From IMG/VR virus record IMGVR_UViG_3300026270_000002: 42,147 nt of DNA; one strand, 5' to 3'. This DNA is from a virus. Positions 6,228 through 13,095 of the stretch are shown piece after piece. Under the pieces are notes generated by a model that did no database searches, was not told the DNA's origin, and saw only the letters and a list, made by a program, of their open reading frames with translations. A program made the position numbers and the translations under genes. Each line of letters opens with the position of its first letter. Positions within the stretch are counted from its first letter, which is position 1.

Positions 6228-7174
6228 TAAAATAGTACTCCTTGTGTAGTTGGTTCATATGACGCATCATATCTTTTGTTTTTACCTTTTGGATAAGGTT
6301 GAATTTTTAAGTTCAAATCTTTATGTATTTTATTCTTGTCCTTACCTTTTATAAATAAATAACGATGTTTTGGGCGTGGTTCATACCTTTCTTGTAAATG
6401 CAATTGCCTAATAACATCTTGCCTGTCTGGATACCATTCAAAATTAGTCATAAGATTATCTAATGAGTCATCAAAATTTAGTATTTTTTTTAATTTTATC
6501 CAATCGTCAACTGTTGGAAAACTAAAACCTTTGTCTAATCGAAACCAATGTGCAGCGGTATCTTTATATCCAAAGATTTTATCTAATTGATTAGCTGTAA
6601 ACTCACCTTTATTTTTTCTAAGAAAATTAGCTATTAAGACCCTATCTATATTCAGTTCATTTATTCTTCGTTTTCTATGCTTAATGTCTTTTCTACCTTT
6701 TAATCTGTCTAACACATGAGCTAAGTTTCTAAAATGAAATTCGTTTCCTTCTTTATCTATTAATTTTTTTTGATTAGCTGTTGTGCCTGTATATAAAAAA
6801 TTACAAGCTTGATATATGTAACCGTGATGGTTCATGTTAGTGTCACTAAAACTAATAATAATGTCAAAATTTTTTAATGATTTTATTGTTTTACTTACAA
6901 AAAAAGATAAACAATTTCTTGGTAATCCTTCACTAACACAAAGTCTATTAAGCTCTATGACTTTATCCTTATATTTTCTCCCTGCTATACTTTCACACAG
7001 AGTTGGACTAGCTGGCATTCCATAAGTGCAAACTCCTTGTAATGCATGATCTTTATATAAACCAAACGCAATGGTAATTGATGGTATTCTTTTTGCGTAA
7101 TGCTTTTTTAAAAACCAATCACGGCATTCAATAGTCATAATTTGTTTAACCATATAAGTACTAGGTATTGTCAT
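6227..7174 (-). CDS. Mom-like (GNAT-fold) putative DNA-modification acyltransferase with a roughly 150-aa C-terminal extension
   Basis: As I recall the family, the N-terminal half resembles Mom adenine-methylcarbamoylation proteins (WFLKKHYAKRIP..GVCTYGMPAS..IELNRLCV..SFSDTNMNHHGYIYQACNFLYTG). Start chosen at ATG 7174, behind AGGAGA. From memory, not searched. Confidence 0.5.
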   Translation of the reverse strand: MTIPSTYMVKQIMTIECRDWFLKKHYAKRIPSITIAFGLYKDHALQGVCTYGMPASPTLCESIAGRKYKDKVIELNRLCVSEGLPRNCLSFFVSKTIKSLKNFDIIISFSDTNMNHHGYIYQACNFLYTGTTANQKKLIDKEGNEFHFRNLAHVLDRLKGRKDIKHRKRRINELNIDRVLIANFLRKNKGEFTANQLDKIFGYKDTAAHWFRLDKGFSFPTVDDWIKLKKILNFDDSLDNLMTNFEWYPDRQDVIRQLHLQERYEPRPKHRYLFIKGKDKNKIHKDLNLKIQPYPKGKNKRYDASYEPTTQGVLF

Positions 7175-7946
7175 TATTTCTCCTGTAACTATCCCAATTA
7201 AATCCAATCAATGCCCCTCCGTTTTCACGCAACCTATCGGTTACACGTTCACCAAGGTAATCCGACAATTGGTCACTAGGAATATTTGATAACAAAATAG
7301 ATGGTTTAAGTTTTTCATATCTCTCATTTAATACATCAAACAATATTTGTTTTTCAAACTCTGATCCAAATTGTACGCCCACCTCATCCAGTATTAATAA
7401 ATCAGGCGATGCAAAGGCATTGATCACATCGCTTTCCGTTTCTTCTTTTGTTCTCCAACTGTCCTTAACTCTTCTTATAAGACGCTGTACGGTGACAAAT
7501 ACTGGTGACCGTTGTTGTTGCATAATGCTCAACGCAATGCCTACTGCCAAATGGGTTTTGCCTGTACCCACTTTGCCAACAAAGATTGCAGAACGTCCTG
7601 TTTTTATTACTTGGTCAAAGTCTTCTGCATACTCTTTAGCAAAAGCTAATGCCTTCTGTTGACCACTTGTCTTTGCTACATAGCTATCCAATGTCCGATC
7701 CTTAAATCGTTCTGGAATAGCTGCACTGCCTATCTTCGCTGCCCATATACGTTGCTCACGCTCTTGTTCACGAAGTTTGTCAGCTTTGATTTGCTCTAAG
7801 GCTTCCTTTTGCTTACGTTCCATCATGCATTTAGGACACTCTGTCCAATGCTCGCCAATAAAGTTTGTTGAAGTATACGCAACATTGTGTATAGAACAAG
7901 TGCGTTCTTCTGTCGGCCTGTCTTTGTTAATTAGATCTTCTAACAT
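7161..7946 (-). CDS. DnaC/IstB-like AAA+ helicase loader with an N-terminal zinc-finger-like motif
   Basis: Walker A GKVGTGKTH and Walker B LLILDEVG. N-terminal CSIH...CPKC. Start chosen at ATG 7946, behind GGAGACAGGAGGAG. Confidence 0.8.
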   Translation of the reverse strand: MLEDLINKDRPTEERTCSIHNVAYTSTNFIGEHWTECPKCMMERKQKEALEQIKADKLREQEREQRIWAAKIGSAAIPERFKDRTLDSYVAKTSGQQKALAFAKEYAEDFDQVIKTGRSAIFVGKVGTGKTHLAVGIALSIMQQQRSPVFVTVQRLIRRVKDSWRTKEETESDVINAFASPDLLILDEVGVQFGSEFEKQILFDVLNERYEKLKPSILLSNIPSDQLSDYLGERVTDRLRENGGALIGFNWDSYRRNNDNT

Positions 7947-8113
7947 TCTCCTCCTGTCTCCCAAGTTTCAATTTGTTTTTGAATTGTTTCTAAGCTTAGA
8001 ATCCACGCTTTTCTATCTATTATTTGGCTAGTACGAAATTGATTTAATAAATAATCAACACTTTTTTTAACTTGAAGCATTGCTTCGTATTCTTTTAGTG
8101 TTTGGAAAATCAT
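7940..8113 (-). CDS. Small hypothetical protein (57 aa), missed by the ORF track
   Basis: My translation: MIFQTLKEYEAMLQVKKSVDYLLNQFRTSQIIDRKAWILSLETIQKQIETWETGGEC*. Its start overlaps the upstream stop (ATGA) and its end overlaps the DnaC-like start. Confidence 0.4.
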   Translation of the reverse strand: MIFQTLKEYEAMLQVKKSVDYLLNQFRTSQIIDRKAWILSLETIQKQIETWETGGEC

Positions 8114-8763
8114 ATCTTTTGTACTCCCTCACCGTAGTTAGTAGTAGCAAAAGATTTTTGTTCTTTTTCAATCCAATCAGATTTAAAACTTTGCCATCCC
8201 CTTGCTTGCACCATAACCAATGCATCCTCCAAGCTAATAGAAGTTTTACTAACTTCTTTTTTTATACCTTTTAAGGCAGTTTCTGTTAATGGTTTTTTTA
8301 AATTTTTTCTGTGAATAAGAAAATCCTCCCATGTTTTTTTAGTTACATTGTTTGGACGCTTTAGCGTATCCTTAATTGGTTTATGGTTATTGGTTATTGG
8401 TTTATGGTTATTGGTTGGCAGTTGTCCACCGCTAGTGGACTTGCGGTTCACTAACGCTGCACTCTTACCACCCCTAGAAGAAGCTGCCAATTTGTTTTTA
8501 TATTTCTGTATTTCTTCATCTGCTCTTGCAAGTGTCCATCCCTTACCAACATCATGTGTAAAATATTTATTCAACACATAGGTAACTTCGGGTATGTTGT
8601 CAGGCATTCTAATTTCACGAGCCACTTCTCCTATATCTTCCAGCAATGGTTTCTCATGCAGGTAATAGATCATCATGCATCTGATGTATGCAATGTCCTC
8701 AATTGGCGTGAGGTGTGCAGTGTGGCTCATGTAATCACTAATGTGAAAAGAGAAGTAATGCAT
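8110..8763 (-). CDS. DUF1376 (YdaU-like) replication-initiation-associated protein
   Basis: The N-terminus MHYFSFHISDYMSHTAHLTPIEDIAYIRCMMIYY is typical of DUF1376. It sits immediately upstream of the DnaC-like loader, as in lambdoid O/P-type modules. Confidence 0.75.
   Translation of the reverse strand: MHYFSFHISDYMSHTAHLTPIEDIAYIRCMMIYYLHEKPLLEDIGEVAREIRMPDNIPEVTYVLNKYFTHDVGKGWTLARADEEIQKYKNKLAASSRGGKSAALVNRKSTSGGQLPTNNHKPITNNHKPIKDTLKRPNNVTKKTWEDFLIHRKNLKKPLTETALKGIKKEVSKTSISLEDALVMVQARGWQSFKSDWIEKEQKSFATTNYGEGVQKI
8375..8416. repeat. Perfect 21-bp x2 tandem repeat (attggtttatggttattggtt), carrying ATTGGTT four times
   Basis: Read directly. It encodes TNNHKPI-TNNHKPI in the linker of the DUF1376 protein. 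Confidence 0.9.
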
Positions 8764-9563
8764 TACTCCTCCTTGCGGTAGTTATTAATTACGTTATCTG
8801 CTGCCTGATCTACTTCTTCGTTAGCCATACCCATAGCTTCTTTTAATCTAGACAGTGGTTTATCTTGTTTATCAGGATTAGGAGTAACGTTTACTGGCTC
8901 TTTAAAATTAGTTTCTTCATCTATTCTTACAACAGAGTTAATTGCATCGTTCTTTGGTAGTCGTTTTGCAATACGATGAATAACAGTTTTTTTAGCCATC
9001 TGGTCAAACCATTTTGCCCAAGGACTATGAGGTGATGAACTAGCTTTTGATACCTGACGGCATTTTTCTATTTCTGCCATGTTCATAATCTCTATGTATT
9101 GACCATCGTTACTTGTTACAGCAATCGCATAAACACATACAGGTTGACCCTTATCACCAGTAATTAATGGCTTATGAGTTATATGTTGTTTAGTGCCTAA
9201 CTCATAATCAAATAAATCATTTTCGTATACAACTTCAGCACATAAAGTTTTTATTAATCCACTGTTATGTAATACCTTAATGATTCCTTCGACCATAGGA
9301 ATGTATTGAACTGAGTTGCCATACTGAACTGCTGCTGCTTCTTTGCCATCTAGATATAAACCATCTTGTGCAGCTTTCATGAAGGTTTGCATCAAACTAG
9401 TTTTATCTGCTTGTAGCAATCTTGGATTTTTATTTAGCGTTAACTTGGCTACACTAATAAATTTGTTTACATCCATTTGCTTTGGCAAAGCTTCTGTAAA
9501 TTTGTCCGCCATTTTTTCAAGTGTTCCCTGCATGGCTACAAGTGGTGTGATTGATGAGGTCAT
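8763..9563 (-). CDS. recT: RecT-family single-strand annealing recombinase
   Basis: The N-terminal and core pattern (KFISVAKLTLNKNPRLLQADKTSLMQTFMKAAQDGLYLDGKEAA..IPMVEG) is typical of RecT. It is paired with a YqaJ exonuclease gene. Confidence 0.85.
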   Translation of the reverse strand: MTSSITPLVAMQGTLEKMADKFTEALPKQMDVNKFISVAKLTLNKNPRLLQADKTSLMQTFMKAAQDGLYLDGKEAAAVQYGNSVQYIPMVEGIIKVLHNSGLIKTLCAEVVYENDLFDYELGTKQHITHKPLITGDKGQPVCVYAIAVTSNDGQYIEIMNMAEIEKCRQVSKASSSPHSPWAKWFDQMAKKTVIHRIAKRLPKNDAINSVVRIDEETNFKEPVNVTPNPDKQDKPLSRLKEAMGMANEEVDQAADNVINNYRKEE

Positions 9564-9566
9564 TAG

Positions 9567-10514
9567 TTAAACTCCTTTTGGTTGATTAAATTTAAATTGG
9601 CGAAAGCCTTTGCGTGGGTTGATGTATGTACCAACCATATCTTGGGTAATGTATTTACCTTGACTACCCTTAGTCATTCCGCAGTTGATAATTCCATACT
9701 TAGAAATGATCTTAGATGCACCTATACTTTTTTCTAGTATTTGTGCTTTTATAGAATCTTTTTGTTTGCCAAGTGAAACGTACTCTTTGTTGATTGCGTT
9801 GTAGTCATCAACTAATTGATCCATGTCTTCATCTGCTTCTAGAAACAAACTAGGGTCAGCATGATTACATAACTTTTTAATTATGTAATTAGAATCTCTT
9901 TCATAATCAATCTCAGGTGGTGTACCTGTCTTAATTCTGCTCCAAAACTCTTTAACCCTTGCTTCTAGTTGCTCTCCAATATCTGTGTTCCTGTCTCTAA
10001 TGATTAACTTTTGTGTGTTACCACCAACTAACGCAACTATGCATCCCCAATTAATGTTGGCTACATGAAGTTGATGTTGTAGCTGCATTTCAATGTGAGG
10101 TGGTGCTTCAATGTTGCCGTTACCATCGTCAATCCATTTCGTGCGATAAACCATTGAGTCAACATTTTTGACTTCCATAATTCCTAGCTCGTCACCACTA
10201 GTAATTTTGTAATCAAAAGAGCTACCCATTCTAGTTTTAGTGTTGCTCATGTATACATCAAATGGTTCTACATCCCATCCTTGTATGTCTGCACAACCTT
10301 GAGCTATAGAGTCTTCAAGTCTGCGACCCCATGCCATCCTTTCGCTGTCCTCCAGATTAATAACTACTTTATCTTTTTTCTGGTTGTACAACTCAAACTC
10401 TGTTTGGTATGGGTTGACATTAAACAATGCTGATACTTCTGTAGAAGTTACATCAAGCAATCTGTTTTCTAACCAATCTTGTTTGTTGGTTATTGGAATT
10501 TCTTTTACGGTCAT
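9567..10514 (-). CDS. YqaJ-like (lambda Exo-type) recombination exonuclease
   Basis: DWLENRLLDVTSTEVSALFNVNPYQTEFELYNQK matches the YqaJ N-terminal signature. It lies directly upstream of recT. Confidence 0.8.
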   Translation of the reverse strand: MTVKEIPITNKQDWLENRLLDVTSTEVSALFNVNPYQTEFELYNQKKDKVVINLEDSERMAWGRRLEDSIAQGCADIQGWDVEPFDVYMSNTKTRMGSSFDYKITSGDELGIMEVKNVDSMVYRTKWIDDGNGNIEAPPHIEMQLQHQLHVANINWGCIVALVGGNTQKLIIRDRNTDIGEQLEARVKEFWSRIKTGTPPEIDYERDSNYIIKKLCNHADPSLFLEADEDMDQLVDDYNAINKEYVSLGKQKDSIKAQILEKSIGASKIISKYGIINCGMTKGSQGKYITQDMVGTYINPRKGFRQFKFNQPKGV

Positions 10515-10747
10515 TAAAATAATTCTCCTTGTTTGTAGTTTTTTGGAAATGAATAACTGGCATATGATTTGCCGTTATCATCTTTTAAAATTTCAGTTTG
10601 TATGACGTAACCTTTGTTTCTTAGGTCATTCATTCGGGCTGCAAGTCTGAAGCATTGAAATTTTTCTAGTGCTTCGATTGGTGTTAATGACCCTCCACTT
10701 TCTAAGAAGTTAAGGATCATTGCATTCTGAGAACTTAACCTACTCAT
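10514..10747 (-). CDS. Winged-helix DNA-binding protein
   Basis: ILNFLESGGSLTPIEALEKFQCFRLAARMNDLRNKGYVI follows the common phage wHTH pattern (HTH then ...RLaaRI.DLR.kG..I). Confidence 0.6.
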   Translation of the reverse strand: MSRLSSQNAMILNFLESGGSLTPIEALEKFQCFRLAARMNDLRNKGYVIQTEILKDDNGKSYASYSFPKNYKQGELF

Positions 10748-11049
10748 AGGTCAGGACTCTCTTGAAACTTGCGGTAGTCTTGGTCTGGAACAATTTGCAT
10801 TTTCCATTTACCAGTACAAACAGTATTCCCACCTGAGTTCCATGTAGGATCTTCTTTCTCATATTCATAATCAGAAAGTTGATACTGCTTTTCTTCTTCA
10901 ATGCAACCTGACTCAAAATGCTTGCGGCTACCATCAGTAAAGGAACATGAAGGCCAAACAATTCTGGTAATCTCCATTTGTATTTCTTTTAGCCTGTCAT
11001 CAAGTGAATACTCGCTGTTGGCATAAAGTTCGATAGTAATTTTTCTCAT
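10744..11049 (-). CDS. Hypothetical protein (101 aa)
   Basis: ORF-track entry with 4-nt overlaps to both neighbours. No family recognised. Confidence 0.5.
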   Translation of the reverse strand: MRKITIELYANSEYSLDDRLKEIQMEITRIVWPSCSFTDGSRKHFESGCIEEEKQYQLSDYEYEKEDPTWNSGGNTVCTGKWKMQIVPDQDYRKFQESPDL

Positions 11050-11234
11050 TGTGTAACCTCCATAACGTGTTGAATAACTGGGTCGCTGACAAATGTATTC
11101 ACATTGTCACGTTGCTTTTTACCGATAACAGTTAAATCTCTAGAAACAATTTGTGCTGCTTCAAGTAAACTGTCTGCTTCAATCACAAATGTGTGATGAA
11201 TAGTTTTTCTTTCTACGATTTCGTATTTGGTCAT
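11046..11234 (-). CDS. Hypothetical protein (62 aa)
   Basis: ORF-track entry, first gene after a hairpin terminator. No family recognised. Confidence 0.5.
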   Translation of the reverse strand: MTKYEIVERKTIHHTFVIEADSLLEAAQIVSRDLTVIGKKQRDNVNTFVSDPVIQHVMEVTQ

Positions 11235-11260
11235 TTCAATAATGGTTAATAGTGTTTTTA

Positions 11261-11294
11261 AGGAAAATAAAAATGAGTGTGACTAAGCACACCC
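11261..11294 (-). terminator. Candidate rho-independent terminator within the early leftward block
   Basis: The minus strand reads GGGTGTG-cttagt-CACACTC (a 7-bp stem with one G-U pair), followed by ATTTTTATTTT. Confidence 0.45.
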
Positions 11295-11312
11295 ATATAA
11301 TGAAGGTTGTCA

Positions 11313-11723
11313 TCAAGTGACCTCCTTTAATACGATTACTTTTTCTGATTCATAGACTTTGTCTACAGTTAGATTGATTGCACAATCTTGTTCCATGTAT
11401 TCAATGTATTGGTCATCTGTCCAATTCATAGAATCATTATCTATTTCGTATATGCCACGCTCCATAGCAATTGCTTTGGCATGATATACATAAAACATTG
11501 ATGCAAGTTTTTCTCTATTGAGTTTTTCTAAACTTGCAAAAGTTTTTTGAACAAGGCTGAACTCACCATCTTCATTTACTTCATGACCAATTACTAAATA
11601 GAATGTATGGTCATCTAATTCACACTCAAGAGCTAACTCTTCATCCCAATCTTCAGAAGTGTGCTTTGAGTAGGGAAGGCTGGACAAGTAGTCCAACCTT
11701 TCCAGTTTCTGGGTATCTGTCAT
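11313..11723 (-). CDS. Strongly acidic hypothetical protein (136 aa)
   Basis: ORF-track entry. My hand count gives about 31 D/E against 12 K/R. No family recognised. Confidence 0.55.
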   Translation of the reverse strand: MTDTQKLERLDYLSSLPYSKHTSEDWDEELALECELDDHTFYLVIGHEVNEDGEFSLVQKTFASLEKLNREKLASMFYVYHAKAIAMERGIYEIDNDSMNWTDDQYIEYMEQDCAINLTVDKVYESEKVIVLKEVT

Positions 11724-12142
11724 GCACCCTCCACAAACTCTGGGAACTCTTGAGATAGTCTGTTCTCAATAGTCTTGTAGTCCATGTCATGGTCTTTTAT
11801 GTAATCAAGCCTATATTGCTTAAGACTTTCCTTTCTAGCTTTGGTCTGTTTAACCTGCTTTTGTAAATGCTTAATCTCAGCTTGCAATTTTTTAATGTGT
11901 GGATCACAAGCTTTTATAGAACTGTCTGTTTGTTGAAGATGCATAAATACACCTTGTGACCAAAAACCAGTTTTATCGTAGTTGTCATCTTCCAATGCTC
12001 TTTCGAGATCGTGATGCCTACAGTTGAGATCATCATCCCAATGTTTTGATTGTTCTCCTCCAAGTTCAAACATTCTTGTATGAAACTTTTCGAGAATTGC
12101 AAATGACTTTTCAGCCCATGCGTAATAGTGACCTGCTTTCAT
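11720..12142 (-). CDS. Hypothetical protein (140 aa) with a C-terminal coiled-coil-like segment
   Basis: ORF-track entry with a 4-nt overlap to the downstream gene. No family recognised. Confidence 0.55.
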   Translation of the reverse strand: MKAGHYYAWAEKSFAILEKFHTRMFELGGEQSKHWDDDLNCRHHDLERALEDDNYDKTGFWSQGVFMHLQQTDSSIKACDPHIKKLQAEIKHLQKQVKQTKARKESLKQYRLDYIKDHDMDYKTIENRLSQEFPEFVEGA

Positions 12143-12148
12143 GTCTTT

Positions 12149-12175
12149 GTTAATAGAAATTAGTAAAGGACAATT
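12149..12175 (-). repeat. Conserved 5' leader element, copy A (minus strand AATTGTCCTTTACTAATTTCTATTAAC)
   Basis: A 16-nt exact match plus flanking similarity to 14054-14081. It lies 6 nt upstream of the ATG at 12142. Confidence 0.6.
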
Positions 12176-12199
12176 GAAGGCATAACACCTTCATTAACT

Positions 12200-12228
12200 A
12201 GTGTACAACATAATGCAACACTTGTCAA
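12200..12228 (-). promoter_or_regulatory. Sigma70-like early leftward promoter
   Basis: The minus strand reads TTGACA (12228-12223), a 17-nt spacer, then TACACT (12205-12200). Confidence 0.5.
12212..12223. promoter_or_regulatory. Operator-like 12-mer AATGCAACACTT, copy 2
   Basis: Identical to 12633-12644. It abuts the -35 hexamer of the promoter at 12200-12228. Confidence 0.35.
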
Positions 12229-12237
12229 ATAATTAAT

Positions 12238-12399
12238 TTAATCGTATGCATCTCTTTTCTTTAAAACTTCTACCTCTGACTCACATCTGGGGCATGATAA
12301 GTTAGTCATTACTGAAAACTCAGGATATCCACTCATGCCCTCTTCAATATCGACATCAGAACCCCATATAAGATCGCTATCACACCACCAACACCTCAT
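12238..12399 (-). CDS. Small zinc-ribbon protein (53 aa), missed by the ORF track
   Basis: My translation: MRCWWCDSDLIWGSDVDIEEGMSGYPEFSVMTNLSCPRCESEVEVLKKRDAYD*. It has two CxxC pairs, and its ATG directly follows the stop of the Cro-like gene. Confidence 0.5.
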   Translation of the reverse strand: MRCWWCDSDLIWGSDVDIEEGMSGYPEFSVMTNLSCPRCESEVEVLKKRDAYD

Positions 12400-12615
12400 T
12401 TATTCTTCTCCAAAAATAATAGAATATGGGGTAATATTTAAATTTAATTCCCATGCCTTTTCAAGTACTGTTCTTTGAACACTGGTAGGAATTAACCCTG
12501 ATTTTTTCCATTTTGAAATACTACCGCAGTGCCTATGAATAATTCTAGCCATAGGACGGACTCCTCCAAATTCTTTTATACAGTGTTCAACTGGCGTAAG
12601 TTTTGCTTTTTCCAT
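12400..12615 (-). CDS. Cro/Ner-like small HTH regulator
   Basis: Start taken at MEKAKLTPVEHCIKEFGGVRPMARIIHRHCGSISKWKKSGLIP, an HTH-like pattern common in small phage regulators. The upstream track extension (MLHLCQYRD) overlaps the predicted promoter. Confidence 0.55.
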   Translation of the reverse strand: MEKAKLTPVEHCIKEFGGVRPMARIIHRHCGSISKWKKSGLIPTSVQRTVLEKAWELNLNITPYSIIFGEE

Positions 12616-12621
12616 ATCTCT

Positions 12622-12650
12622 ATATTGGCATAAATGCAACACTTAATCAA
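12622..12650 (-). promoter_or_regulatory. Sigma70-like promoter placed to give a leaderless Cro-like mRNA
   Basis: The minus strand reads TTGATT (12650-12645), a 17-nt spacer, then CAATAT (12627-12622). The ATG at 12615 begins 7 nt after the -10 hexamer. Confidence 0.4.
12633..12644. promoter_or_regulatory. Operator-like 12-mer AATGCAACACTT, copy 1
   Basis: Identical to 12212-12223. It lies in the spacer next to the -35 hexamer of the Cro-like promoter. Confidence 0.35.
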
Positions 12651-12660
12651 GTAATTAGGC

Positions 12661-12686
12661 AAAAAAAAGAGGGTTGTTAACCCTCT
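12661..12686 (-). terminator. Rho-independent terminator (minus strand)
   Basis: The minus strand reads AGAGGGTT-aac-AACCCTCT followed by T8. The stop codon of the 48-aa ORF lies in the loop. Confidence 0.7.
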
Positions 12687-12823
12687 CTATCAAGCCATTT
12701 AACAGAATCTTCATTAATTTCTTTTAATGCGTCTATGACTTCGTCATGGCTGAAGTTACGATTGATTGCATTGTCTCCAAAAGCAATTTCATAAACTTGT
12801 TCAATAAATTGTTTGTTGTCCAT
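12677..12823 (-). CDS. Small hypothetical protein (48 aa), missed by the ORF track
   Basis: My translation: MDNKQFIEQVYEIAFGDNAINRNFSHDEVIDALKEINEDSVKWLDREG*. The ATG overlaps the upstream stop (TAATG). Confidence 0.45.
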   Translation of the reverse strand: MDNKQFIEQVYEIAFGDNAINRNFSHDEVIDALKEINEDSVKWLDREG

Positions 12824-13005
12824 TACTTTGTACCTCCAAGGATAGATTCGATTTTGTCTCTACACTCTTTTGCTTGGTCTTCGGTAATGTGTGCAGCGAA
12901 TGATTCAGCCATGCTTTCACATTCTTTTTGTAGTGCTTCATCTTTTGTGGTCAAAGCTAATACTAAAGCTTGATAGTATGCTTGTTGGTGGTTTTGAATG
13001 GTCAT
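12823..13005 (-). CDS. Hypothetical helical protein (60 aa)
   Basis: ORF-track entry. No family recognised. Confidence 0.5.
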   Translation of the reverse strand: MTIQNHQQAYYQALVLALTTKDEALQKECESMAESFAAHITEDQAKECRDKIESILGGTK

Positions 13006-13062
13006 GTCAAATAAGGATTAAGAATAAAAGTAAGTAAGGAAATAGTGCGAAAGCCATAATTA

Positions 13063-13095
13063 ATAAAAAAAAGAAAGGTGAGCTTATTGCTCACC
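13063..13095 (-). terminator. Rho-independent terminator overlapping the end of the ArdC-like gene
   Basis: The minus strand reads GGTGAGC-aataa-GCTCACC followed by TTTCTTTTTTTT. Confidence 0.65.

Noticed and set aside
10740-10961. Minus-strand 73-aa ORF overlapping 10744-11049 in another frame
   Set aside because: It is fully nested in a longer ORF that is translationally coupled to its neighbours. There is no independent support.
11275-11283. GAGTGTGAC, a partial match to the 12-mer motif in the early region
   Set aside because: Only the first 8 nt of the extended AGTGTGACCGTAA form match. The sequence forms the stem of a minus-strand terminator hairpin, which explains it better.
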